NCBI GenBank assembly: GCA_964248365.1
Contig: CAXTYC010000030.1
Span: 1 to 62,037 of the forward strand
From: an uncultured Chroococcidiopsis sp.
GTDB taxonomy: Bacteria; Cyanobacteriota; Cyanobacteriia; Cyanobacteriales; Chroococcidiopsidaceae
DNA length: 62,037 nucleotides
Direction of reading: 5' to 3'
Under the pieces are notes generated by a model. The model searched no databases. It was not told the origin of the DNA and was given only the letters and a program-made list of their open reading frames with translations. Position numbers and translations under genes: made by a program. This document shows, piece by piece, positions 20,564 to 29,437 of the stretch (positions are counted from its first letter, which is position 1; each line of letters starts with the position of its first letter).

Positions 20564-22273
20564 GTGAATGGAAATCTAATAGCTGCTGGTGGGCGGCTAG
20601 GCTTCTTGTGCTTAATTGCTAGTTTGTTACCTTTGAGTGCTATGCCTGCTGTTGCTCAAACAACTGATTTATCAAATCAGCAATCAAACACATTGGCACA
20701 GGTAACATCTGTGTCCCAACTCTCGGATGTGCAACCAACGGACTGGGCTTTTCAGGCGCTGCAATCGCTAGTCGAGCGTTATGGTTGTATTGCTGGATAT
20801 CCAAATGGCACTTTTCGCGGTAATCGAGCGCTGACAAGATATGAATTTGCAGCCGGATTAAATGCTTGCTTAGATCGCGTCAATGAATTAATTGCAACTG
20901 CTACAGCCCAGTCGGTAAGCAAAGAAGATTTAGCCACACTGCAAAGACTGCAAGAGGAATTTGGCTCTGAACTAGCTACGCTACGGGGGCGAGTAGATGC
21001 GCTTGAAGCTAATACCGCCCAATTAGAGGCAAATCAGTTTTCTACAACTACAAAACTGAGTGGTGAAGTAATTGCCGCAGGTATTGGTGCGACAGGCGGG
21101 GCTAATGTTAATGACCCTAACATCATCTTCGTCGATCGCGCCAGGCTAAATTTAACCACCAGCTTTACAGGCAAAGACACATTAATTACTGGCTTGCAAG
21201 CTTATAATTTCTTGGGTGGTTTAGATGGTAGTGGCAGTATCCAACAGAGTTTGGGATTAGCCTCGCCCATACTTAGTTCTAGCAGCGCCCGTGTAGGTTT
21301 TGAACCGCAATTTCCAGGAATTGATGTCAAAACTTTAACGCCTTTAAGTGCAAACAACATTCAGCTTTACAAGCTGCTTTACATCTTTCCTGCTGGGAAT
21401 AAATTATCTTTGTTTGCCGGAACGGCGGCGGAAGTGTCGGATGCTTTTCCTGCCATTACTCCTTTTAACGGCGAAGGACAAGAGGCAATTTCTCGCTTTG
21501 CTAATTTGAATCCTGTACAGCGGGTTTCTGGTGGTACTTCGGGGACTGGTCTAGCATCGGCAGCAGGTTTTATTTTTAACATCTCAGATGCAATAGATTT
21601 AAGAGCTTTGTATGGCAGTGTGAATGCCAATATTCCCAGTCGCGCAGCTGATATACTTCCGAGTGTGTCTGGTACACCATTGGGTGCTGGTGTGTTTGGC
21701 GGTAGTAGCGTTGCTGCTGCCCAATTAACCATTAGACCTAGCAAAAGCTTGGACTTTGCGCTTAACTATGCCCATAGCTATCACGAAATCAACATCCTTG
21801 GTACAGGATTAGTTAGTGCTGATATTGGCGCTTTGGGTGGAGTCAGTTTAGGAACTCCGGTTGAACTGAACTCAATTGGTGGTACTTTGACCTGGCGCTT
21901 CTCTCCCAAAGTCGCTTTTTCTACTTATGGAGCTGCAATCTTTGTTGATGCTGCACCAAACCGAGTTGATGCTTCAACTACTTTTACTAGTTGGATGGTA
22001 GGGCTGCACTTTAACGATCTATTCAAGGAAGGTAACAACGCTGGTATTCTATTTGGACAGCCACTATTTCGCGCCTCTGCCGATGGTGTAGCTCGGCTAG
22101 CGGCAGCAGGTGAAGCTAGAACTACTCCCTACCATTTAGAGGCTTACTATCGCTTCAAGCTCAACGATAATATTAGCATTACACCTGGTGCATTTGTTTT
22201 ATTCAATCCAGAAGGTAATAGCAATAATGACACCACAACAGTAGGAGTAGTTCGTACTACCTTTACGTTCTAG
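20564..22273 (+). CDS. Cyanobacterial SLH-domain outer-membrane porin (OprB/iron-uptake porin family)
   Basis: Signal peptide; QVTSVSQLSDVQPTDWAFQAL..YGCIAGYP; TRYEFAAGL; coiled coil; FSTTTKL; C-terminal RTTFTF. Confidence 0.95.
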   Translation: MNGNLIAAGGRLGFLCLIASLLPLSAMPAVAQTTDLSNQQSNTLAQVTSVSQLSDVQPTDWAFQALQSLVERYGCIAGYPNGTFRGNRALTRYEFAAGLNACLDRVNELIATATAQSVSKEDLATLQRLQEEFGSELATLRGRVDALEANTAQLEANQFSTTTKLSGEVIAAGIGATGGANVNDPNIIFVDRARLNLTTSFTGKDTLITGLQAYNFLGGLDGSGSIQQSLGLASPILSSSSARVGFEPQFPGIDVKTLTPLSANNIQLYKLLYIFPAGNKLSLFAGTAAEVSDAFPAITPFNGEGQEAISRFANLNPVQRVSGGTSGTGLASAAGFIFNISDAIDLRALYGSVNANIPSRAADILPSVSGTPLGAGVFGGSSVAAAQLTIRPSKSLDFALNYAHSYHEINILGTGLVSADIGALGGVSLGTPVELNSIGGTLTWRFSPKVAFSTYGAAIFVDAAPNRVDASTTFTSWMVGLHFNDLFKEGNNAGILFGQPLFRASADGVARLAAAGEARTTPYHLEAYYRFKLNDNISITPGAFVLFNPEGNSNNDTTTVGVVRTTFTF

Positions 22274-22504
22274 GTTCATCGAACGTAAAAGTTCCCACAT
22301 AGAGCCTAATACCAATTGGCTTTGACTTTGCTACAGATCCAGATCCCCCCAACCCGCCTTTTTAAGGAGGGTTGGGAGATTATCCCTAGTGAGCAATTAG
22401 CATTTACGGGTATGATACGTTTGTCATTTAAACGAAAGTCAGCCGAGCAAAATTTCCCCCTGCTATCTGTGCTATCCCAAAGAAAAATTTATTTTGACAA
22501 ACAT

Positions 22505-23353
22505 CTATTTAAAAGAGCGGCGTACAAAAGGTAAAAGATCTTTTAAAATTTCCTCGAAATAGTGTTCTTGAGGATAATGACCAACATTCTCAAGTTGGAC
22601 AAGTTCTATTTGCCCATGAGACTTAGCAACCTTTTGTGCCATACTCAAGGGTAGCCAAGGATCATTCATCCCCCAAATAATTAGAGTCGGCTTTTGCCAT
22701 TGTTGAAAGCCAGATTCTATTTCTGCCATAGATTTTTGTAAATTGAGATTGCGGATCGTAGACATAAGACTTCGCCCAGCTTTAGAACTTTTAAGGAAAG
22801 GCTTACGATACACATCCAAATCTGCATCGGATATCTGATAACGGCTACCACCTTCTAGTGTTCGATCAACCAGCAAAGGATCTTGTGTCATCATCTCCCC
22901 TGCCATCGGTAATCCCCATTGTTGCATCCGCCAAGGTAATTTTGCCTCCGCTGAAATTGGGGTATTAAGGATAGCTAAACTTTCAACCCGATCCGCATTA
23001 CGCAAAGCGTATTGCAAACCAATAGAACCTAAATATCCTTGAACGACGAGCGAAAAGCGCTCGATTTCCAACGCTTGGATAAACTCAGCCAAAGCCGTAA
23101 TAAAGGCATCGGGTGTATAAGCAAATTCTCGCCGTTCAGGTTTTGCTGACAAGCCAAAACCAATTAAATCTGGTGCGATCGCTCGTGTACCTTGACTAGC
23201 TAAAGCTGGCAGAATTTTTCGCCAACTATAACTATGTGTTGGTAAACCGTGCAGCAACACACAGGGCAGCAAATCAGATCTGCCAAGGGGTAAAGACTCT
23301 CGATAAAACCATTCGAGCGACCCAACTTTGATCTTATGTTCTGTGATTGACAC
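22505..23353 (-). CDS. Alpha/beta-fold hydrolase (haloalkane dehalogenase-like)
   Basis: LLHGLP, APDLIGFGLS, WGMNDP, GHYPQE. Confidence 0.88.
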   Translation of the reverse strand: MSITEHKIKVGSLEWFYRESLPLGRSDLLPCVLLHGLPTHSYSWRKILPALASQGTRAIAPDLIGFGLSAKPERREFAYTPDAFITALAEFIQALEIERFSLVVQGYLGSIGLQYALRNADRVESLAILNTPISAEAKLPWRMQQWGLPMAGEMMTQDPLLVDRTLEGGSRYQISDADLDVYRKPFLKSSKAGRSLMSTIRNLNLQKSMAEIESGFQQWQKPTLIIWGMNDPWLPLSMAQKVAKSHGQIELVQLENVGHYPQEHYFEEILKDLLPFVRRSFK

Positions 23354-23370
23354 GCTTTTTTCCTATCTTA

Positions 23371-23495
23371 AATTACGCCTAATGTGAATTAGGTACAACA
23401 AAAAACAGAGAAATACATTCAAAACAATTTGTAATTAGCAGTAGAGGTGAGTTTTACCAATTAACCCGCCCCTACTAATTCACATTAATGTAATT
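23371..23495. mobile_element. MITE-like element with imperfect terminal inverted repeats, containing a REP-like copy
   Basis: TAATGTGAATTAG (23380-23392) is the exact reverse complement of CTAATTCACATTA (23475-23487), extended by AATTAC/GTAATT; internal GTAGAGGTGAGTT..AACCCGCCCCTAC. Confidence 0.5.
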
Positions 23496-23514
23496 CTCTC
23501 GCAGATCGCCCCTT

Positions 23515-24714
23515 TTAAAATTGTGTCCATCGATCTTGAGGGAGGAATGACCTTTCCTTGGGAATGGGAGCAACGGGTTCTGACAGCATAAAGGTTCCGT
23601 CAACAATCCATTGTTTCAATTGTGTGGCTACTTGCCTGGACAAAGCTATACTTGCTAGAGGGGCAACTCTGACAAGTCTACCGTCAATCGTAATCCGACC
23701 AGACTTCAATTGGGCGTAGCTCACCAGACCAAAAGTAGGACGGACGCGGCGGGGAATGGAAAAGTCAACCACAGGCGCTACTAAGTCTTGATCTTGCACA
23801 GCACAGTTAGCTACTACTTGCTCGTTTAACACAGGAAGTGGTATGCCTACACCCAGCATTAAAGAAGGACCGTAACTTTTGAAATAGCAGCCGCGTACCC
23901 AGCTCTCATTCATTTGCTTGGCATCACCAATTAAAGCAAGAGTGGCGGCGGGACCAATGGGGGTACGATTTGGTAGGCGCTTTTGTAGTGGGAAGTGCTG
24001 AGTGCCTTCCCAGGCTACATAACCAATACCACCGCCTAAGAAAATTCGAGTGCCAATACCAATTAGTTGAAGTTCTGGATCGTTGAGCAGGGGAGAGATA
24101 GCACCAGGATTGGAATAAACAGCATTGTTTAAACGGGGTTGTAAAGGACCTAGATAGGTAAAAAGTGGGCGATCGCCGCCATTAACACCGACAATAAAAT
24201 TTTGGTAGAGATTGCGTGGATTAAACAAATAAAACTGGTTAATCGTTTCCTTTGTAATTGTCGTTTCAAATGTTGCTCTAGGGTAGCAATCTGTTACCTG
24301 CCCAATAGCTCGTAAATGTACTGGTTTACCCGCAATTAAATCGGAAATTACATGACCTCCACCACGTAAGGCAAGCGGCTTCCCCTCACCTGCGCTAACA
24401 CGGGTTTCCTCACCATCTGGGGATTCAAAAGCTCCAGTTGCTCCCAAATATAAATCAACTGCCCCAAAACCAGAATAGGCTGGTACACCATCTAACCAGC
24501 AGCGGCGAATTTTAATTGGCGGATCGGTGTGTCCCAGATTGATAATTGCTCCTGAAGACTCCATCGGCTCAAACGTGCCAGTAGTAATAACATCTACTTC
24601 CTTGGCTGTTTGGGCAATGCCTACTTGTGCCACCCGTGCTTTTAATTCCTCAATTGTTAAAACTACGGCAGAAGAATGGCTTATTTTGTCATTAATTTCG
24701 GCGATCGTTCGCAT
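23515..24714 (-). CDS. Homocysteine biosynthesis protein (DUF39, aspartate-semialdehyde sulfurtransferase-like)
   Basis: MRTIAEINDKI start, DVITTGTFEPMESSG, GGGHVI, TDCYPR, NPRNLYQN. Confidence 0.85.
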   Translation of the reverse strand: MRTIAEINDKISHSSAVVLTIEELKARVAQVGIAQTAKEVDVITTGTFEPMESSGAIINLGHTDPPIKIRRCWLDGVPAYSGFGAVDLYLGATGAFESPDGEETRVSAGEGKPLALRGGGHVISDLIAGKPVHLRAIGQVTDCYPRATFETTITKETINQFYLFNPRNLYQNFIVGVNGGDRPLFTYLGPLQPRLNNAVYSNPGAISPLLNDPELQLIGIGTRIFLGGGIGYVAWEGTQHFPLQKRLPNRTPIGPAATLALIGDAKQMNESWVRGCYFKSYGPSLMLGVGIPLPVLNEQVVANCAVQDQDLVAPVVDFSIPRRVRPTFGLVSYAQLKSGRITIDGRLVRVAPLASIALSRQVATQLKQWIVDGTFMLSEPVAPIPKERSFLPQDRWTQF

Positions 24715-24819
24715 ATTTACTAGTAAGGCAAAAGAAGAAGACAGAAGAAAACGGGCGAGGCTATCGATGACTATCTTTCGTGAGTAATTAACTATTGTGA
24801 CGTAGGGTTCCTGACTCCT

Positions 24820-24883
24820 GTACGGGCGGGTTTTTTAGCTTACTTGTCATCCGACTGAAGATTTTAGTTAAACCCGCCCCTCC
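24820..24883. repeat. Long-spacer REP-like element GTACGGGCGGGTTT...AAACCCGCCCC, embedded in GACTCCT heptamers
   Basis: Inverted arms with a ~35 bp spacer; family copies at 8321, 23441, 46092 and 54448. Confidence 0.75.
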
Positions 24884-24974
24884 TGACTCCTGACGTGGGA
24901 CTCCTGACTCCTTTCACCAAGGCTGTTATTCCTTTTGCTAAGATGCAAGCAATCAACGTAAGAGGGAAGTCGTC

Positions 24975-25721
24975 ATGGTACACTACAACCCGTTAGAGTA
25001 CCTTCCCACCGAGGAGGATCTGCCCGACTCTGACGATACCCCTGTGGATAACGAACTTCAAATCCTCATTCCTGATCTGCTGCGCGCCATTTTATCTATG
25101 CTGTGGACAGACCGCATGGACTGGTTTTTTGGGGTGAATATGGGGGTTTACTATGACCCTGGGCTACCTGCAATTGTACCGGCTGGCTTTCTGAGTTTAG
25201 GTGTTCCACGACGCAAAAGTCAACGAGGACGACTCAGTTATGTAATTTGGCAAGAGCAAGTTGTACCAAAATTAGTCTTAGAATTTGTCTCCCAAACTCC
25301 AGGCGGGGAATATAACGAGAAGATGACCAAGTATGCCGCAATCGGAGTACTTTACTACGTTATATACAACCCTGACTACACTCGGCGCGATAAGCATGAT
25401 TCTTTTGAAGTTTATCGCTTGACAAATGGAGTGTACGTGCGACAATTTGGCAACCCATTTTGGATGCCAAAGATTGAATTAGGTATTGGATATGAGCAAG
25501 GCACACACGATCGCTGGACACGCGAATGGTTATACTGGTATGACCAAAACGGCAACCGATTTCCCGCTCCACAAGATATTATTGAACAACAGCGACAGCA
25601 GATTGAACAAGAACGTCTTCGGGTTGAACAAGAGCAACTTCGAGCAGATAATGCTCAACAGCAACTTGTAGAGTTAATGGCTAAGTTACAAGAACGGGGA
25701 ATTAATCTTGATGATCTTTAG
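24975..25721 (+). CDS. Uma2-family protein with C-terminal coiled coil
   Basis: LPDSDDTPVDNELQ, DWFFGVNMG, LEFVSQTPGGEY, EWLYWYD; Gln/Glu-rich tail. Confidence 0.92.
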   Translation: MVHYNPLEYLPTEEDLPDSDDTPVDNELQILIPDLLRAILSMLWTDRMDWFFGVNMGVYYDPGLPAIVPAGFLSLGVPRRKSQRGRLSYVIWQEQVVPKLVLEFVSQTPGGEYNEKMTKYAAIGVLYYVIYNPDYTRRDKHDSFEVYRLTNGVYVRQFGNPFWMPKIELGIGYEQGTHDRWTREWLYWYDQNGNRFPAPQDIIEQQRQQIEQERLRVEQEQLRADNAQQQLVELMAKLQERGINLDDL

Positions 25722-25748
25722 GCAGTTAGATGGTGCGATCACTGCTAA

Positions 25749-26615
25749 TCACTCACCAACCCTTTTCAGCTTGTCTGGATTAACAACCACATAAATTGAC
25801 TGGACTATACCATTAAAACTATCAAATGTCAACACACTATGTGGATAACCATTGGTATAATTAATAATGCCGTGTTGATGATTAATTTGGGCTAATCGGG
25901 AAACAAAGACGGGTGTTTTCTTGTTACGACGGATAGCAAGTAAGAAACGAGCAACTTTCGCAGCTTTGTGAATTGGTTTGACAGCTGCTGTCACTTTACC
26001 GCCACCATCAGAATACAGCGTAATATCTTTTGCCAATAACATCAGTAATCCTTGTAAATCACCACTATTCCAGGCTGATAGAAATTGCTCTATTAGCTGC
26101 TCTTGTTGTCCCTGTGAAATGTCAAAATCAGGTTTTCGAGCAGCAAGATGCTGACGCGCTCGGCGGAATATTTGGCGACAGTTTGCAGGGGTTTTATCCA
26201 CAATCTGCCCAATTTCTGAGTAGTTATAGTCGAACACTTCACGCAGCAAAAAAATAGCCCGTTCTGTGGGTGATAAAGTTTCAAGCAACACCAAGAAAGC
26301 AGTAGAAAGGGAGTCGGCTAATTCAACTATTTGGGCTGGATCAGACATTGCTGCGGTAGCTATTGGCTCCGGTAGCCATGTCCCGATATACTGTTCTCGT
26401 TGCACACGCGCTGAGCGTAGATGATCGATACAAAGGCGGGTGATAATTGTTGCCAGATAATCCTTTGGAGATCTTACAAGAGCTTCAGAAACCTGTTGCC
26501 AACGCAAAAACGTCTCTTGTACTATGTCTTCTGCATCTATCGCACTACCAAGCATTCGGTAGGCGATCGCAAACAAGAAAGGACGATGCTTGTTGAACTG
26601 CTCGAAGCTATTCAC
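25749..26615 (-). CDS. ECF41-group sigma factor (SigJ-like) with SnoaL-like C-terminal extension
   Basis: AYRMLGS..DAED, WLPEP, DGGGK and NPDKL signature motifs. Confidence 0.93.
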   Translation of the reverse strand: MNSFEQFNKHRPFLFAIAYRMLGSAIDAEDIVQETFLRWQQVSEALVRSPKDYLATIITRLCIDHLRSARVQREQYIGTWLPEPIATAAMSDPAQIVELADSLSTAFLVLLETLSPTERAIFLLREVFDYNYSEIGQIVDKTPANCRQIFRRARQHLAARKPDFDISQGQQEQLIEQFLSAWNSGDLQGLLMLLAKDITLYSDGGGKVTAAVKPIHKAAKVARFLLAIRRNKKTPVFVSRLAQINHQHGIINYTNGYPHSVLTFDSFNGIVQSIYVVVNPDKLKRVGE

Positions 26616-26659
26616 GGGAAAACTGCACTCCTACCTGACATTGCATCACTTAGATTGAT

Positions 26660-27121
26660 TTACTCAATTTCTGGATAAGTACCAGGAACCATTTTTGTAG
26701 CGATCGCAATTCGATTCCAAGCATTAATTGTGACAATAGCTATAAGGATTTGGGCGATTTGATTTGCTGTAAAATAACGACTGACTTCTGCATAGAGATC
26801 GTCCGAGATAGAATTTCCGGCAACAAGAGTCACAGCGTCAGTCATGGCTAATGCCGCCCGTTCTTCAGGTGTAAAAAATGGAGCTTCATTCCAAGCATTC
26901 AGTGCATAAATAGGTTGCTCTGTTTCGCCATTCCTCCTTGCATCTTTGGTATGCATATCGATACAAAAAGCACAACGGTTAATCTGAGAGGCACGAATTT
27001 TGATCAGTTCCAAAAGTGTTTTACTCAGATCACTACGATGAAGATATTTTTCCAGCCCCAACATTGCTTTATAGGCTTCTGGTTCAATTTGTTCGAGTTT
27101 CATTCTTTCCTTCATCACCAT
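26660..27121 (-). CDS. Carboxymuconolactone decarboxylase / AhpD-like protein
   Basis: RASQINRCAFCIDMH (CxxC), ERAALA, INAWNR; directly upstream of the ECF41 gene. Confidence 0.92.
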   Translation of the reverse strand: MVMKERMKLEQIEPEAYKAMLGLEKYLHRSDLSKTLLELIKIRASQINRCAFCIDMHTKDARRNGETEQPIYALNAWNEAPFFTPEERAALAMTDAVTLVAGNSISDDLYAEVSRYFTANQIAQILIAIVTINAWNRIAIATKMVPGTYPEIE

Positions 27122-27160
27122 TGATCCATCTATTTGGCTCCATAAAGCCTTTACAGATCA

Positions 27161-27187
27161 GACGAAGGAAGATCACCATTTGTGACA
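27161..27187 (-). promoter_or_regulatory. ECF41-dependent promoter TGTCACA-N16-CGTC
   Basis: Minus strand reads TGTCACA aatggtgatcttcctt CGTC, exactly 16 nt apart, about 40 bp upstream of the CMD gene; matches the established ECF41 consensus. Confidence 0.85.
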
Positions 27188-27221
27188 AAGTTAATAAAAA
27201 TCCGTCCGAACCAACAAACGA

Positions 27222-27562
27222 CTAATCTAGCCCCAGATGGAGCTTTATAGCTGCGTCTACTAATTGCATCATCCCCTGATCTAGCCTTCCTAGTATTTGC
27301 TGTGTTATCCGCTGTTTGGAAATTGTCCGAATTTGTTGAGCTTGTACTCTAGAATGCTTCGGTAAACCACTACTTTCAAAGATTGAGCAAAACCTCGAAG
27401 GGATAGACACGGCTGACATTAGATGTAATTGGTAGAATTGTCACCGTACTAGCAGCATGGTTATTTGCATCATTACTGACGATTAAGACTGGGCGACGCT
27501 TGCTAACCTCAGATCCAACTGTTGGACCCTTGAATGGCATAGTAAATCTCACCACGTTTCAT
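27222..27562 (-). pseudogene. mazF: MazF/PemK toxin pseudogene (two +1 frameshifts)
   Basis: MKRGEIYYA / GPTVGSEVSKRRPVLIVSND..PITSN..YPFEV / ESSGLPKHSRVQAQQIRTISKQR lie in three frames; 341 nt = 339+2. Confidence 0.88.
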
Positions 27563-27774
27563 CGCTCAGTCGATCGGCGATGGTAACATCCCAATCTGGA
27601 TCAACTTCCCCAAATGCTTGCTGATAAGCTGCTTCGAGTTCCTTTTGGCGCAACAATTCCAATGCTTGTTGAATCACCACAAGAGCGAGATTTATACTGA
27701 TGGGCAACTTTATAGCTTTCAATAAACTGCACCAAAGACATTGGTAAAGAAACGGATAGCTTTTGGGCTTGGAT
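27549..27774 (-). pseudogene. Ribbon-helix-helix antitoxin pseudogene (ATC at the expected start, one +1 frameshift)
   Basis: (I)QAQKLSVSLP...YKSRS then shifted VVIQQALELLRQKELEAAYQQA...WDVTIADRLSDETW*; overlaps the toxin start by 14 nt. Confidence 0.8.
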
Positions 27775-27842
27775 AGTCCTACTATTTGGTAATAAAACCT
27801 GTTCCTACTAAGATAACAGCGATCGCGCTTGGCATCTATTAT

Positions 27843-28961
27843 TTATACCTCATCCCCATTGTGCTTATCTTGACTGGCTTTTACTTGCTCAGATTCACTA
27901 GCATCAGAAACTAAAACTATCTCACTGTGCCTTTTACCATTCCTATCCCAATGATCTAAAACATCTTCAAGTATGACTTCTCGAAACCAAATCTTACCCA
28001 CAACGGTTAAGGGTAGTGCCAGAAACAACCCCAAAAACCCGAAGAAAGTAACAAAAAACAACTGAGAAATTAACGTCACGGCTGGTAACAACGATACTTG
28101 ATGCGCCATAACGACAGGCGTGATAAAATTACTTTCAGTTTGCTGAATAAAAAAGTAGAGTAGCAGAACAAACAGGGATTTTACTGGAGAATCTAACAGC
28201 CCGATCGCCATTGCAGGTATAACACTAATCGTTGGACCTAGATTTGGGATTAAATTCATAAATCCAGCCAACACCCCCAACGCTAGCGCTGCGGGAACAC
28301 GCAAAATTGATAAACCGATCACGCTCATTAATCCCACTACACAAACAGCGATCGCCGCACCCCCCATCCATCCTCCCAGTGCATCCTCGCATTCATGCAA
28401 AATCCCATCCACACGCCGCCGATAAAACGACGGGAACAGCCGTATAAATACCTTGCGATATGATTCGGGATTAGCTAATAACATTCCTGTTAAAACCAGC
28501 ACCAGCAAAATTTTGAGGATAACCTCTAAAGATCCAGACACAAAAGCAAAAGAGCTTCCCACTAGCCGATTTACTAAAGGTTGTGCTTGTTGGCTGAGGC
28601 TGTTTAAATCTGGTACATACGGAACTAGCTGGCTAGGAATGCGAGTTTCTAGCTGATCGAGCCAACTATTTAGGCGCTCTACACCTTGGGGAACTCGCAG
28701 AGTAAGTTCTTGAAACTGCGCGACAAAAGGCGGCACAATTAACCAGAAAAACCCGATAACTACAGCAAGAAAGATGCTAATCGCTAGCACTACGGCGAAA
28801 CCACGCTTCATCCCTGAACGCTGGAAGCGTCGAGCTAACTTATTTAATGCTGTGGCTAATACAACTGCGGCAAATACCAGCAACAGTATTTGTCTGATCT
28901 GCCACAAAATATATAAAGAAATAACTATGGCTAATAAGCCGAGCCATTGACCTAAATTCAC
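27843..28961 (-). CDS. AI-2E family transporter
   Basis: Multiple TM helices, NLIPNLGP, QQTESNFITP, GFLGLFLALP; GTG at 28961 (ORF track extends to 28970). Confidence 0.9.
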   Translation of the reverse strand: MNLGQWLGLLAIVISLYILWQIRQILLLVFAAVVLATALNKLARRFQRSGMKRGFAVVLAISIFLAVVIGFFWLIVPPFVAQFQELTLRVPQGVERLNSWLDQLETRIPSQLVPYVPDLNSLSQQAQPLVNRLVGSSFAFVSGSLEVILKILLVLVLTGMLLANPESYRKVFIRLFPSFYRRRVDGILHECEDALGGWMGGAAIAVCVVGLMSVIGLSILRVPAALALGVLAGFMNLIPNLGPTISVIPAMAIGLLDSPVKSLFVLLLYFFIQQTESNFITPVVMAHQVSLLPAVTLISQLFFVTFFGFLGLFLALPLTVVGKIWFREVILEDVLDHWDRNGKRHSEIVLVSDASESEQVKASQDKHNGDEV

Positions 28962-29030
28962 TCTGCCCACTCCCAGCTACTTAATTGGTAATTGGTAATT
29001 GGTAATTGTACCCGTCCTCTTGTTTCCTGC

Positions 29031-29246
29031 CTACTGTTGGTGCTGTTTTGATGCTAATGCGTATCTGGACACAAGGGCGATCGCCATGAACCCTGCTGGT
29101 ACAATTACAATCAGCAGCGCATTACTTGATTTAGCAGAAATAGATATATTTTGTCCACCGTATTTAATTAAATACGACAGTACAGTAGAGATAATTAGTA
29201 ATTCTAAAATAAATCCAACCTGTTTCAATCCTTGAAAAGAATTCAT
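29031..29246 (-). CDS. Small two-TM hypothetical membrane protein
   Basis: 71 aa; two hydrophobic helices joined by IKYGG; co-oriented with the AI-2E gene. Confidence 0.65.
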   Translation of the reverse strand: MNSFQGLKQVGFILELLIISTVLSYLIKYGGQNISISAKSSNALLIVIVPAGFMAIALVSRYALASKQHQQ

Positions 29247-29437
29247 TTACTATTTCCTAATAATTGGTAATTGGTAATTGTCTCCTTGTCCCCTTCTCCT
29301 CCCCTAGCCCCTAGCCTCCAGCCTCTAGCCCCTTCATGTTCGGCAGTCACGGCAGGTAATGGTCGTAGTCCCCGAACTCCTTTGAGCGGATGAATTATCT
29401 AAGATAGCCGTAAAATAGTGCATCTAAATTAAAAGAA

